A stretch of 63,934 nt of DNA, the filler included, from Lenisia limosa (lineage: Eukaryota; Protista; Breviatea): assembly GCA_001655205.1 (NCBI GenBank). It is 8 parts of 8 records of this genome, joined end to end, with 100 filler letters (N's around TTAATTAATTAA, not from the genome) between each part and the next. Parts side by side here need not be neighbours in the genome. Positions count along the whole stretch, not along the records: positions 11,357 to 26,439 come from LPNZ01008631.1; positions 26,540 to 37,816 come from LPNZ01005897.1; positions 37,917 to 39,856 come from LPNZ01000733.1; 5 more parts are not named here. One strand, written 5' to 3'. Positions 25,815 to 39,760 of this stretch are shown here, one piece after another. The translations under genes and the position numbers were made by a program. How positions within the stretch are numbered: position 1 is the first letter of the stretch; every line of letters starts with the position of its first letter. The notes below the pieces were generated by a model. It saw nothing but the letters and a program-made list of their open reading frames with translations. It made no database searches and was not told the origin of the DNA.

Positions 25815-26439
25815 ATGTCGTCACTCTATGAAAAATGTCAACATCTCAAGGCTCTTCTTGACCTGCCTACTCCACCAATTCAGGATGCCGGTGAGCTCAA
25901 ATAGAAATGTGGAAATATAGAAATGCTTCACAATACACACTTTTTTGAGTATTTTATTTTCCAAGGCGAATTCTTGAGAAAAGACCTTCAAAAGAGAGCA
26001 GAAGAAAATGGACCCCTTTTTGGTTTTGTTTGGATGGAAACTGAGGTTAGTGGATCAAACTTTATATTTGTTTTTGAGGGGGTTTGGAGTTTTTATGATT
26101 AATAGCTTACGCCATCCTTAAATTGTGGGTTCACACTTTTTATAATTATTTCACAAGCTATTTTTTGCCTTTTTTTTTTTGCNNNNNNNNNNNNNNNNNN
26201 NNNNNNNNNNNNNNNNNNNNNNNNNNNNNNNNNNNNNNNNNNNNNNNNNNNNNNNNNNNNNNNNNNNNNNNNNNNNNNNNNNNNCAAGCCTCAAGTTTGC
26301 GGTTCGTTGCATGTGCCCTTCAGCTTGCAAAGGAAATTTGTATCCTTTCTGCTGAGTCAGGAGGTATGTTGGATTGTTGTTCCAAGACAAGGGTAAACCA
26401 CAAAGCCAGAGTTGGCCCAGAAAGTCAAGATGGCCTTCT
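25815..26439 (+). CDS. 5' part of an uncharacterised gene (truncated by contig edge)
   Basis: MSSLYEKCQHLKALLDLPTPPIQDA|GEFLRKDLQKRAEENGPLFGFVWMETE| with canonical GT-AG introns. Confidence 0.5.
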
Positions 26440-28829
26440 NNNNNNNNNNNNNNNNNNNNNNNNNNNNNNNNNNNNNNNNNNNNTTAATTAATTAANNNNN
26501 NNNNNNNNNNNNNNNNNNNNNNNNNNNNNNNNNNNNNNNTCGCGTTTTTGGGTGGTCACCTAATACTACTATGTACATAATCTACATCAAAATTCCCGGA
26601 CAGCTTAAGTTTTCGATATACAATCGCCATAAACCCTAGTTTCCTTTTGTTTTTGAAAAATAGTTTCAATCTGAATCAAAGGATGAAATGCCTACTTCAT
26701 ATACTGTCGGGTCAAAACCACATTAAATCCCTAAGCTCTCTGTTTATGGCCTGTATACTGTCAAAAACACACAAAACCGTTGTAAAAGGCCACATTCAAG
26801 GAATATATGGTGGCAACTATCCATGGAAGTTTACCATTGAAGAAGGTGCTATTTTGAACAGTTTTCTCTCAAAATCCACCATCACATAGCCGCCGCAAAT
26901 TGTGATATTTAGAAAATAAATCCCGTGAAAAGGCAACAAGGGGGAGGACCCGGGAGAGCAAGCTATTTGAATATTAGGAGGTCCATCCATTTCTCTATAT
27001 ATCTGTCGAAGCAGTTTTCAAATAAAAACCCTCACATCCGATACACAGGGTCAACTTCAAGCTGTCCGGTGAATTTTGAATGATTTCCGTAGCTTTGAGG
27101 ACCCACAAATACATTTTTTGAAGCTCAGACATACCCCATACCCCATTAAATGTCTGGATAGATACAATACATAGGATGGTGTTTAAAACCGCGACGTCGA
27201 CCCCCTTTTTTGTGATTGCAAAACTGTATTTGTTTCAGTTCTGGATTTACTAGTTTTTTTCGACATTCAAATGCTATTTCAGGAGGGGTTTACGTTTGCA
27301 CCATTTCAAAGGCTATTTCTTCATTAATTTTATCTTCATTCGACGTTTTATACTTGTCCTTCAATGGTTTGGTTGGTTGTCAAGGTTTTTTTGAATATTA
27401 TACATTCTTCTTCTTTTAACACTACAATTGTTATAGTTCATAGTGGTGGTCAAATTGCACATCTCCCTATTAAATTTACTCTTTAAAATTTAAGCATGTT
27501 CATATTTTCAGACGTGTGTTCTTCTGAGAATTCTCTCACGTTCAGTTTCCTTTTTAAGAACACGATTTTCTGATCTTCGTTTGGTTAGCCCAGTTTTGAT
27601 AGTGAGAGTTACAAAGTCTATTAATTGTTTAGCTTTTAAAAAGTAAATTCCCTGTTGTTAAAGAAGCTTGTTTGCATTGTATCTCTAATCTAGCAATCGA
27701 GTACTGTCCTATCAAGGTACGGCCCTTTTGTTATTGGCTCCCTTTATTCTTGTTTTTGCACATAAATATTTCTAATATATATGTGAAACGTAGTGGTTCC
27801 CTACGGACTGGTCTTTTGAGACGGTCCGTCCGGTCTTTTTTGTATTATGAGCGGTACACGTCCAAACCGCTCAAAAAGGGAAGAAAAAAGATCAAAAGAA
27901 ATAAAAAAAATAAAAATGCTCTATGGGGCTTCCAAAGTGCGGAGACGGTGATAAGGTATCCTTTTCCTCTGCAATTTGAAGTGTTCTCATTTTTACTCCT
28001 TTAGTACGACTTGATACCGGACTTTTACGAATACAACAGAGAAAGCCAAACTCTTCTGTATGCACCTACATCGCATATACAAGAAAAGCCTGGCCAGCGG
28101 GACAATGAGGAGTTACATGCATGTCTTCATGGTTAGCGTCATCTACGACAGCACTCATCCCTTCGAAAATGAAGCGCAACTCAAGCATCTAATTGAAAGA
28201 GTATGCAGATGACAGGAACACTGAAGCAACCTGCAAAACACCTTATTTTCTTCCTCTATAAGGGCGGACATTGCGTTCTAATCTCATTGGGGGCAAAGAG
28301 CTATTATAACAGATCCCAAGAATATGCTGAAAGATGCAAGTTGAAACAGGAACTTCCTGGACTCCCCTCAATCCAAGCCCCAAAAAAAACAGCTGGACTA
28401 ACTCCGGACACAAAGGCAAAGGAAAGAGAAATCCTAAAAAAAAACCTTCATCCCAATTCCCCTGGCCCTTCACCCGAAAAAGACCCCGGCAGCCCAGAAC
28501 GCACTCCCATAAATCAGATATTCTCTCTGTTAAATGTCATCCAAACTCTGGACGACAATATGACTGCACTAGAGACAGAGAAACCAGAAGAGAAATCCCT
28601 CCCAATAGCCAAGGTAGGAAGTACCCAAGAGGTCCCCTCCATCCCCCCAGGCCTGTATCCCGACAAGAACCATCACCTTCCTCAGGACTAAACTGTAGCC
28701 TCCCTCCACAGGCCCAACTAGCCATCACCCCTCACAAGGTCACAGCAGGGAATAAATTCCCAATGGATCCTGCTTTCAAGAGAAGTTACAATAATTAATG
28801 CGATTCACGCTTAACCAACCAATCAATTT

Positions 28830-31800
28830 ATGTTCAGTCATTGGTTTAGAACGAGTCCGCTCCTTCTCAGCAGCAGCGGCGGCAGCAACCTCCTGCTCCA
28901 GCGACTTCGCCTTGGCCCTCATCAAGGAGTTAAAAGTTCACCTCTTTCAGATGATGTTCAAGCATTGTACCTGATACAACTCAACAATGCCGAAATCACT
29001 CTTACCTTTCAACTCTGAGCTCCGTGAGATCTTTGATCTTGGACACATCATCCTCGGGAACACAGCTCTTGACTTGCGTTTCGGCTGGCGAACTAAAGCG
29101 TGTCAATGAGGTATGTTACTGTATGGCATCATATATTTGATTCATAGATCATGAATAAGGACGAGAAGTTAACTGTCTTCTACTAAAAATAGAAGCCCTT
29201 TTCCGTCATTTTGAAAAAAAGGTCTAGAGACTGACTCCCAAAAAGAAACATTAATCATACCCCATTTCCTTTCAAGAACCTGTTTTTAGTCTCAAGTGGA
29301 AGGTTTTATTAGTTAGTGAGAAGGTTTATAGCACTCTGTTTTGAAGTTTTCATTTTCTTTAGACGGGAATGAGAGCGCGGAAGCTCACAAGAGAGCACTT
29401 GACCAAGACCGTGGGCCTCCTAAGCCACGTGAATTGTATTCCTTCAAGACGTAATTGTGTAACACTGTAACTCCAATACAATTCATTCCTAACATACCAT
29501 GTGTGAAATATCAATATTGTGTGAATTCCGCTGAAAGTCTTTTCAAACTTCTTCCTGTTGCGGAACCGTGTGGCAACTGAACCTCTGATTGGAGCAAAGA
29601 ACGTCGGGGTTGGTGGAGCACCGTCAATCGCATCTACCCCACAATCCAATGTATCATAATCGTCATCATCAGAAGAGGAAACTTCAAGACTCTCTAAAGT
29701 TAACTACATACCATATTAGGCAAATTTCAAAGGTTTATCAGAGCATGAATCAAAAGGATATTAAGNNNNNNNNNNNNNNNNNNNNNNNNNNNNNNNNNNN
29801 NNNNNNNNNNNNNNNNNNNNNNNNNNNNNNNNNNNNNNNNNNNNNNNNNNNNNNNNNNNNNNNNNNNNNNNNNNNNNNNNNNNNNNNNNNNNNNNNNNNN
29901 NNNNNNNNNNNNNNNNNNNNNNNNNNNNNNNNNNNNNNNNNTTTTACTTCCAAGATCCATGACAACGACACCTCGGTGCCCAAGTACATCAACGAGTGCT
30001 TCTGAACAGGCAAGTACATCTTCATTGACGAGCTTCTCTGTCTCCTCCACGGTGCCCCTTCTTTCGGTAAGTGCTGCCAGGCATCCATTAAGGGCTGAAC
30101 TCCAAGATTGGTACTTTATTATACCCCTCCTCCAAAGTGTGTGAAAGTTAACCATCATACTTTACGAAAGGCTATGTTCAATTTTCCCTGTCTTCACCTC
30201 CACGTCAAGGCCAACGAAGGTAACGCTGTCGCCACCAAGGAGAGCCTCTTATCGATTGCCGACCACCTCTGCGGTAGGCACATGGTTTTATACATACATT
30301 TCAATTTTTTTGAAATAATATGAGATATCATATGTTGGAGATATGACATTTATTGCATATTGGCGGACTTATCACTTACAATGACGCATACATATATACA
30401 TGATTATTATACACTCTGTTGATATGTAAAAATGTATTACCCACATACTTCTTCTTGTTTGAGGAGATGGTCGCCAGAACTGGAGCGGCGGCGAAAAAGG
30501 GACTGGCCTCGAGGGAGTAATCGACCGAAGGGGCGGCATCGATCTTTTTGACGGCCTGGGAGACGAAGCCTTCCTCGATGAGGGCAACGATGGTGGAGAT
30601 GTTGGTGTCACCGAGGATGGGGGCCTGATTTATGGCACGGAAGATGGTGGACAAGACCTGCTGAATGTGGAGAGACTCAATGTCCGGAAGTATGTCGTTG
30701 ATAGTCCTGTGTGGGTGAGTTGGTTCACACAATTTCTTGAAAAAATTAAGGGTAATCCACACTAATCATCGAAGATAACATACCTTCCTTATCTGGAAAG
30801 TTCTTGCTTTATTTTGAAATAAACAGATTGATTAACGTATCAACCTTATTCATGCCTTTTAATCAAATATATGATACCTTACAGTAACATACCTCAGGAT
30901 AGGTCACCTCGTTGACACGCTAGTTCGCCTGCCGGAACGCAAGTCAAGAGCTGTGTTCCGGAGGATGAAGAGTCAGAGGACTTGTACAGTTCCCCAAAGA
31001 CCTCACGGAGCTCGGAGTTGTTCTGAAAGGTAAGAATAATTTCGGCATTATTGAGTTGCACCGGGTAAAATACTTGAAACATCATCTCTTAGTCTTTATC
31101 TGACAGTATAGGCGAACCTTTAACCAAGCCATAATCATGAAAAATTCAAAGAGAAAACCAATTGCACACCACTTTCTATTTAGAGTATTGAAAACCTATA
31201 TAGAACGGATTACCCCCCTCCCCACTCACCGACAAGGGGAGCACGGCAGTACTTTTCACGCCAGTTAAAGTTAAGATGACACCGAGTTGTAAGTGGTGAA
31301 CTTGAGGATTTAATCATAATAATTTGGTTGATTCACAATCCTAAATTAATCAAGTCGTAAGCTAACAACAGAATTAGCGGACTCGATGTTGTTAGTGTTA
31401 AGGCCATGAACATTGAGGGCGGCAACATCAGCGGTACCTCAAAGCTACATCAAAAATAAAGTTGCTTATATTTGGCAAATATACATGATAGTCTCAAATG
31501 CAGAAATAAAACACAAACCTTTCAGAACTAGACGAAGATAGTTCTTAGAATTATGAACAAACAATACACATCTCGCTATATACTATTATATGATATGATA
31601 TATATTTATTGTTTTTGTTGTTGTTTTTTTTAAAACTGATATGGCATATTATTCTCTTTAGACTTTTGTTTGCGAATATGCAATTAATATGATTATTAAG
31701 AGCTTTTCAAGCCCAAATCTGCCCGTTGTTGTTGCTGCGTAAGGTGCCATTTGACTCACTGGTTTTAGTCTGACAGCATTTAAGAATATTTTATGGAATT

Positions 31801-34800
31801 TACCATTAATTCAATTTCAGTTTTTATGGAAGGCAGATTGTTTCTCTCGCTTTTCTGGCCTTACGGTTTTTGACAATATTCAACTTTTTGGCGCAGTGAC
31901 AACAATATATAGGAATCTATTAATGTATCAAGGAATTTGTGTCCCTTTCTTAAGTTCAGTCTTTTACGTAAACTGTTGTGCTCTCTTAGTTGGTGTTTTT
32001 TCTTCTTATGCCCCAGCATCATTCTATTGATATTATTCAATTGTGTTTATCAAGCCAACTGGTATGTGTTTTTCGTCCATGTCGTTTGTAAATACCTAAA
32101 ATAGGCTTGCGTTAAAAACTGCGAACATGATTAAAACAGATCGTTAAAAATTCCTTCAATAACCCCTATTTTGTGAGAAAATCGATTACTATTAACATCA
32201 AATCAAAGCAATTTTGAACAAAAAGAAGACAAATTTTGGAAATAAAAAAAAAATGTCTTTTGATCAGAATAGAACTGGACTGAAGTGCCCAGTTTCCTTT
32301 CCACCAAAATATTATTTGAAAACCCCCTCTTTCAGAATATCCATATTCAGCCAATATAATGGCGCTAAAGTAATCGTCTCAAAAAAGTATGGAGAAGGGG
32401 AACTTAACAAAAAGTTGTCTTCTTGAAGACAACCAGCTCCAATAGCTCTCTTTTATGTTCAACCCTCATAGCAGCAGGCTCAATTTGGCGAAGGAGATCA
32501 GTACGCTCCGGAGTCGGGCTTAGCAAGTCGTTTAGGAGGCACATGGTCTTTGTCCAGTGCTCCCTTGCTGAGCTTCCGAGCCTTCTTTCCCGTCTGAAGA
32601 AAATTAACAATTTCAAAATAGAGACATCTCGGACCTGGCAGCGAAATGGGCACATAGTTGATCTCAAAAAAAACGAGTTCAAGAGAAGACTGACGATAGG
32701 AGAGGGAAATAGGTGGCGCAGTTGTCCTATGACCAGATATCCTTGATGTTGGACCGAGGGCAAACACCATTACCGATGACGAAGCCAAAGTAGCGCTTGA
32801 TGTCGGAGGTGGAAATGAAAGAAATGTCAGTCAGAGACTCCTTAGTGAAGCGAAGATAGGTGGGGAGAGTGGCTGGGTCACGGAGACTGATGGAGAATAT
32901 AAGAGATTTTGAAGAAAACGGAATAGGTTATGCGAAAGGAATAAATAACAATACTTTTCAAAAACAACCCCCAAAAAACAACCCAACATACTATTCTAAG
33001 TTCAGATTTGACCATGTTGGCACCTGACTGAGAAGCGCCGTGGGCATCATGATGTGAAAGGTCTAATACATTAAATAAATTAAAAAATTATAGATACAAA
33101 TAATAATAATAATAATAAAAAAAAAAAAAAGCAAACCTCAAGAGGGGAAGTCGCTGTGCAGAAGGCCTCCGACATGGTTAGAAACGCTGAAAGGAATTTC
33201 TCCAATGTTCTTGGGCTTGTTTGTCCAAGTGGTTGTGTGAATTCCGCTGGAAGTCTTTTCAAACTTCTTCCTGTGCGGAACCGTGTGGCAGCTGAACCTC
33301 TGATTGGGGCAAAGAACATCGGGGTTGGTGGAGCAATCGCATCTACCCGACAGTCCAATGTATCATCATCATCAGAAGAGGAAACCTCACTCGATGTTGG
33401 TCTTTGAATGGTGATTGTCCCAACGTTAAAGTCGAAATCACTGTCATCAGAAGACTCAGTATCTATCAAATTAATTACATACCATATTAGGCAGGTTTCA
33501 AAGGTTTATCAGAGCATGAATCAAAAGGATATTAAGTGATGCTTCCAGTAAGATCACCCTGAGGAACGGGGTGGATGATGGGTTTTCAGTATGGGGAAGT
33601 CAAGAGAAGTTATTTTTTACTGAAAATGCCGTCAAAGAAAGGGTAGAAGGAGAAGGGGAACTTAACAAAAAGTTAGCTTATTCAGAAGACAACCAGCTTC
33701 AATAGCTCTCTTTCATGTTCAACCCTCATACCAGCATCTCAATTTGCCGAAGGAGGGCAATACGCTCGGGTGTCGGGCCGGTATTTGGCTTAGGAGGTCC
33801 ACGATCTTGGTTAAGTGCTCTCTTGCTGAGCTAACGGAGCTCTCTTTCCCGTCTGAAGGAAATTTAAAACTGCAAAACATGCTACAAACCTTCTCCGCCA
33901 TCAAAGATGCAACTATCTGATAAAACTTGAGACTAAAATTCTTGAAAGGAAATGAAAACGTTTTTGAAATTGGGGTATGGTAAATATTTTTCTTAAGGAG
34001 TCAATCTCTAGACCTTGCTTTCAAAATGACGGAAAAGGGCTTCTATTTTCGGTAATACCTCACGTGTTAAAAACTGGACCAATGTAATCCGGTGGTCCGT
34101 AAAAGGTATAATATACATGTATATGATATGTATTGCCATATTCCAGAGGAACCTGCGCTGAGGGAATGGTAACTGTCATATTTTAAGAGAAATGGCCAAA
34201 ATTCGCCATAAAATACTTTTCCTACATCAAAATCAAGTGAANNNNNNNNNNNNNNNNNNNNNNNNNNNNNNNNAGGTAATTTTTTAGAGTCAGCCCTAAA
34301 AAGGCTTTTTCTCTCCACACTTCTAGTTTCGCTTTTGGAGATTAAAAGGAGATTAGCTGCCTGTCTGCGTATCGTTTGTGTATTAATACGAAGTTCAAAG
34401 TGAGTTCAAAGCTTTGAGACACCAAGATCTTGCCAAGAACAGAGCAGCAGTACTTGCTTTGAATAAATGTTAAATGTCAATATTGCGTTAAAGAGTTACA
34501 TGCTTACCCTTGCCTTCTTTTGAAGTTCCTCTCTTTCTTCCCCCCAAGACTACTGAATGTATTTTATGACGAACATATTTATTCTGAAGCAGGAACATGC
34601 TATATCGCTACCTGCCCTGACCATTCCAATCACGTTTAAACTCCTTGATTAGGGCCAAGACGAAGTCGCTGCTCGAGGAGGTGGGAGCAGGAGGTTGCTG
34701 CTGCTGCTGCTGCTGAGAAGAGTAGAAGACGGGAGGCAATTGACTTGGGTGCTAGCGGCACGCTTCCTAGCACAAGTTCGGGTACTAGCGACCATTGTGG
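28830..34800. pseudogene. Cluster of about four partial, frameshifted copies of one unknown gene in mixed orientation
   Basis: 28861-28935(+) matches the reverse complement of 34636-34721. 28949-29112(+) matches rc 30895-31087. 29188-29430(+) matches rc 33785-34050. 29520-29765 matches 33236-33536, and 32394-32606 matches 33649-33865. Copies differ by indels that shift frame. Confidence 0.65.
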
Positions 34801-35188
34801 GCAATATACATGTAGTATAATGGTAGTACTACCGACAATGGGTTTAGAGGTTTTCTGTAAAAAGGTGGTTTCTCTTATTCTTCATAGAATCCTGATAGAA
34901 TATGGTTAGCTGTTTCATGCATAACCATTTTTGGTATATGATTGTTTTTTGTTTGTGGGTGTCATTTTCTCCTAATGAAGATGAATTGAGCATTGACACG
35001 GTCAATATTTGTTGTTCCATATCTCCAATAAAAGCGATGTTCACCACACTTTTGCAACTAAATCTTGTACTGTTGGCATTTAATTGGCTCATCTGTTTTG
35101 TTCTGTGAAAGAATATATAATTATAAGTGAGTGGTCAAATCGTGTTCATTTCCCCGCCCCAAAAATGGCCTGACACCACCTTAATGCT

Positions 35189-35511
35189 ATAAGGTGGTTC
35201 AGTCCTTTTCGGGATAATTCTGCATCATAAAAAAAAAACAGTCCACATTAAATTCTAAAAGTGTAAAAATGGTCTGGAATGTGAATAACCGAGGCTTTAT
35301 GAGGCTAAAATTGTAATATATATTGACAGTATTGCAGTGTTGAAAAACCTCCAAAGTCAGAACACACCCCGTCGGGAAAATGGGCATTTTCAAATTTCTT
35401 CATCCAAAATTGTTTCATTTGGCAAACCAACCGGCGATATTATCCCGAAGTGTCATTTTTATTAATATTTTTTGAAAATTTTTGCAAAACCAAAAAAGGA
35501 CTGAACCTTAA
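35189..35511. mobile_element. About 320-bp non-autonomous element with Kolobok-like ends
   Basis: Left ATAA-GGTGGTTCAGTCCTTTT and right AAAAGGACTGAACC-TTAA are inverted repeats. Kolobok elements have TTAA targets and RR..YY termini. An adjacent related end, CACCACCTTAA, lies at 35174-35184. Confidence 0.55.
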
Positions 35512-38500
35512 ATCCATCTCAAGTGTCATGTCTATCCCAATACTCATTTCAATATAAATAAGTCCGGCATTTAGACTGTTGAACTGATGTGAGGAAATGA
35601 AAATACTTCCAATACAGAATAAAAAGTTTATCTTTTTTTCTGTTTTTTTTTTAACTATACATTGTTGTTGGACTACAACTCCTACATACATATAAAAGGA
35701 AGGCAAACTTGCTCATGCTGTGTCTCCAAGTTACGCCACCATTAATGATCAGCCCCAGAATTCCTGTTTTCCCCCTTTTTCCTCTCCTTGCCTTAAACAT
35801 AATCTCATCCAGTCTCCGAGCCCACCAAGCCCAATCCGCCCCTAACCCAGCCAATACCGAGCTGTCTTCTACTGGCTTGACACGAAGAGAATTGTGAGGA
35901 CAAGAGCCATGTACAGCATCGAACACGATTGGGGAGGTTTACCATTAAACTAGCTAACATGTAGACAAAAAAAAAAAAAAANNNNNNNNNNNNNNNNNNN
36001 NNNNNNNNNNNNNNNNNNNNNNNNNNNNNNNNAGATAGATATTATGCACACGAGTGGTAATTATTTTAGTGACTTAATCATTGTCTGGGAGAAATGAAAC
36101 GGACCCAAATTATCTTGTGTATAACAGTTGTATGATCTGGAAGGTCTAATTTTATTTTGTATTGATTTTTAGTGTAACTCAAGGTTAATTGTGTGACATT
36201 TCAACGATGTAACAATTTTATGGATCATAGTACATAATACTATATGAAAAATGAGTGTTTTCTGAACTTTTTTTATGCTTTTTCTGACTAAATCTGTTTA
36301 GGTTATTCAGTCATTGCAATTTCTCACTAATATGGTACCTTCAGTCCATTTCCTGACTCACTTGGTTGCAAACGAGAAATTTGTTCCAGTAATCCTTTCA
36401 TCTTTGGTTTCTTTATAAATAATCTTATTTGTTCCATCCTCATGAGAAGGTGCAGTTTGCTGCTGGTCAGTTGTGTTTGCAGTTACAAAAACAAGGTGGT
36501 CTAATGTCATTAGAAATTGTCACTTGTTAAATGGGGGGGGGGGATCAAAGTCCAGGGATTTTTTTTCAACCATTTATCCCGCTCTTATTATGTTTATGTT
36601 ATTCTTTTGATTCTCTTATACCGAGTCTTTGATTCGTTGACACTGAAGTGTACACTAGATAATATCAATGATAGAAATATGGTAGCCCAGAACAGTGTAT
36701 CTAGTAAGTGTGATGTTTCGTTTTTTTTTTTTTATTTTCTTCTCTTTTTCTCTTTTTTTTTTTTTTTCNNNNNNNNNNNNNNNNNNNNNNNNNNNNNNNN
36801 NNNNNNNNNNNNNNNNNNNNNNNNNNNNNNNATGGCAAGAGTCCATTCTTCTGCACGAACTTGAACCTGTATGCTGGGAGGCACGCAGAAAGCTGTGTAC
36901 ACAGAGTTAAATGAATTTGTGAATTAATATTTTACTGTAATCCAATATCTCTCATAAGTGCGGCCAGATACAATCTTGTTTTTTTTCTCGTCGCTACATA
37001 TACCCGTTAGAGCAAGCAGGTCATTATGTGAGGTAGCATCCGCAAGTTTATTGTCAGCAGTCGGAATATATATATGCTCACGGTCCTAAATACCGTCATA
37101 AATTCAAAATACCGTCATTAATTCAATTTTCTTGTTTTTGTTGCGTTTTATTCCTGAAAAATGACCCAAACTTCTCTTCTACATTAATAGTAGCAGTAAA
37201 CAATACAAAAAATAAAAAATAAAAAATAAAAAAAGGCAATTTTTTGGTGATCACCAAGTGAACACGTTGGTGATCTTGTAAAAATGCGTTTTTTGACAAT
37301 TTTTCTTTGTAAATCATTATAAAGTATAGAATAGTGATGTAACAGGAAAGGTGGTAGATGGGGTCCCTCAGCATGTGTTCAATTTTCACTAAAATTGCGC
37401 CACGCCTGCGCGCAGTTTTCTTATCTCAGAATTTTTATTTTTTTTGTTCTCTATAACTTAGTTAACCAGTGTAAAACAGTTAGATATATCCCACCGGTCA
37501 TAAATCAGGTGGAAATCAGAAATCAGGTGGAAATCAGAAAAATTGAAAATTATGGCTCTATTTAGCCCCAAACTTGGACGGAAAACACAATAAAATTTCT
37601 TTTCTATACACCATGATATTACATGTTAATCTTTTTAGCTGATTTTTTTAAAAGTTTCACTGATGGGCATCAAAAACGAGGGTTAAAGACAATAATAATG
37701 GAAAAAAAAAAATTTTCCGTATTCTTTGGTGGGCACAAAGTTGCTTTTTTTCAGCTCAATTTTTCCCCTTCCCTCCTCTTGTAAAGTATCAGTGTTTTTA
37801 AAGGTTATTTGAGAACNNNNNNNNNNNNNNNNNNNNNNNNNNNNNNNNNNNNNNNNNNNNTTAATTAATTAANNNNNNNNNNNNNNNNNNNNNNNNNNNN
37901 NNNNNNNNNNNNNNNNATTATATCTTCGCACTCAAGGTTTTGTGTTGTGGAGAAGATGTAAAAATTGTCACACTTTTATTGCAGCTAATTTCCTTTCTCA
38001 AAATTTATTTGGTTTTAGGGATACTCAGTTGATGACCCTGGTAACTTAGTCTGTGTGTGTCAAAGTGGTGGGTCCATGTTTGAATGTTGAATTAACTACT
38101 TCCTTGTATTTGTTTTAACCTTTAGGATTGGAGTATTCTTCAGTAAGCGGAGTCGGGAAATGTTCAGAGTGCGTATCGAATGGTGAGCTATGCTGAATTA
38201 AATCGCTTCCAAAATCCAAAGTTAATAAAATAGATATATTTTTGGTTTGTCTCTTCATACTTTCTAGAATACTACCAACCCACTACTGGCCGAGATCCAT
38301 GCATCTTCTGCCCGTCTTACGGGAGCAGCACCCACCCTTCAGACTTACCTCTGAACCAGGTACTACATAAACCTGACGTTTGAATATGTGGAGTATTCAC
38401 CCAATGAAACATCGTGACAGTCATTTTTGTTTCTTTGTATCAAAATATCCACTTTTATTCTTTGTGTGACTCTTATACTCTTTTTTTCTTCTCCCTTACC

Positions 38501-39369
38501 AAATATTTGCATTCATGATAATTTTTATTTCTATTTCCCAACAGGGTGAAAATCAAGAAACACACAGAAACAACACTCGAAATTGGAAGCAATGGTCAAA
38601 TATTTTGCTAGATAACCTCCGTATCATAGCAAGTTCCATCTATCAGACTCAGAGAGTTGCTTTGTAAAGAGTTAAAACAATACAATCGCTTTTTTTCATT
38701 CAAATTATTGATGGTACAATGCCATCTTTATTCAAGTATATGGAAGGACCCCACAAAGAAACCATCACCTTAAGACATTCCCTTGTGAAAATCCTTCCTT
38801 CCTCTTAGAAACTCGAAGTGAGGTAACATTAGGCCTAGTAGAAGTATGATTATTTTAAATTAAGCATTCTTCAAAAAAGGAAAAATGAGTGAGGGCGGGG
38901 CAAGTGGTCTTCCCAGTCCCCTTCCTCAGTAGCCATCACGATGGAAGTGGCTGAGAGACAGTAAGGAAGCTTTCGGAAGGTATGTATCCGGGTGGACCTC
39001 GGCCGCCCCCCAAAATCCATGGGCGGTTGAGACGACGGTCACCTGAGAAAGGATGTAGTCTGAGGAAATAACCGACCGCATGGCAGATACACTGCATTTT
39101 CGGAAAGCTTCTGGAATGTTCAAATCAGATGATGTGGTAGGACAGTAAACTGCTGAACAAACCCATGACACACACCTATTTGTAGGTGGAAGTGTTCACC
39201 AACCATGTCGATGGCCTCTTGAGAGAGGCTTGCCTTTGACATGGGTGTGTTCCCGAAAAGGTTGGTCCCACACGGGTGGTCAAACTAAGCTTACTTGAAA
39301 CATACATATAATTCAACTTTCTCATTCGTAAACCTGCCTAAAACCCCGCGGCATTGAATAAAACTATAA

Positions 39370-39760
39370 CTAACCTTGACGTCGATCGCTAGGGAGATGT
39401 GTCTCTGAACGGGGCAACCATGCGCAGCTCTGCGGATGTCTTCAGACGGTGTTGGTGGAGACTTTGACGCCCCATCCCCTTGTCCATAGACTTCTTGGTT
39501 GATGTGTTGTATACAATAAGAGACATGGTGTTGATGACCCTTGAGAGGGAAGACTCGCTGTAGCCGAATTGGCGCATCTCTCTGACACTATGATATCGTC
39601 TACTTCGGACACTGCATGTCTCATAAAACAATATGCTCCCGAACAAAAACTGTGACGGTTTTGAAAAACTGTGACGGTTCTGATTATTTCTTTGTTTCCT
39701 ATTCCATTATCGAAAATGTTATTCCAGCCTGCAAACAAATCACTTTCTGTTAACAAATGT
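39370..39760 (-). mobile_element. Degraded PIF/Harbinger-type (DDE_Tnp_4) transposase fragment
   Basis: Frame-shifted pieces QNRHSFCSGAYCFMRH / RRYHSVREMRQFGYSESSLSRVINTMSLIVYNT / AAHGCPVQRHISLAIDV resemble the HTH (FGxSESxxSRxxN) and first catalytic-Asp (IDG) regions. Recognised by eye only. Confidence 0.4.

Noticed and set aside
25350-25875. Similar N-terminal LxDLPxPP motifs in the divergent gene pair starting 25404(-) and 25815(+)
   Set aside because: Too short, with no nucleotide similarity; likely coincidence.
31370-31440. DVAALNVHGLNT as a LINE APE endonuclease start
   Set aside because: No further endonuclease or RT motifs follow; nearby splice signals suggest an exon of the minus-strand unknown gene.
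32700-32900. In-frame TAG/TGA suggesting stop-codon reassignment
   Set aside because: Conserved genes (SMC1, DNAL1, CFAP91) translate and end normally with TAA, TAG or TGA. These stops fall in a decayed paralogue that also has indels.
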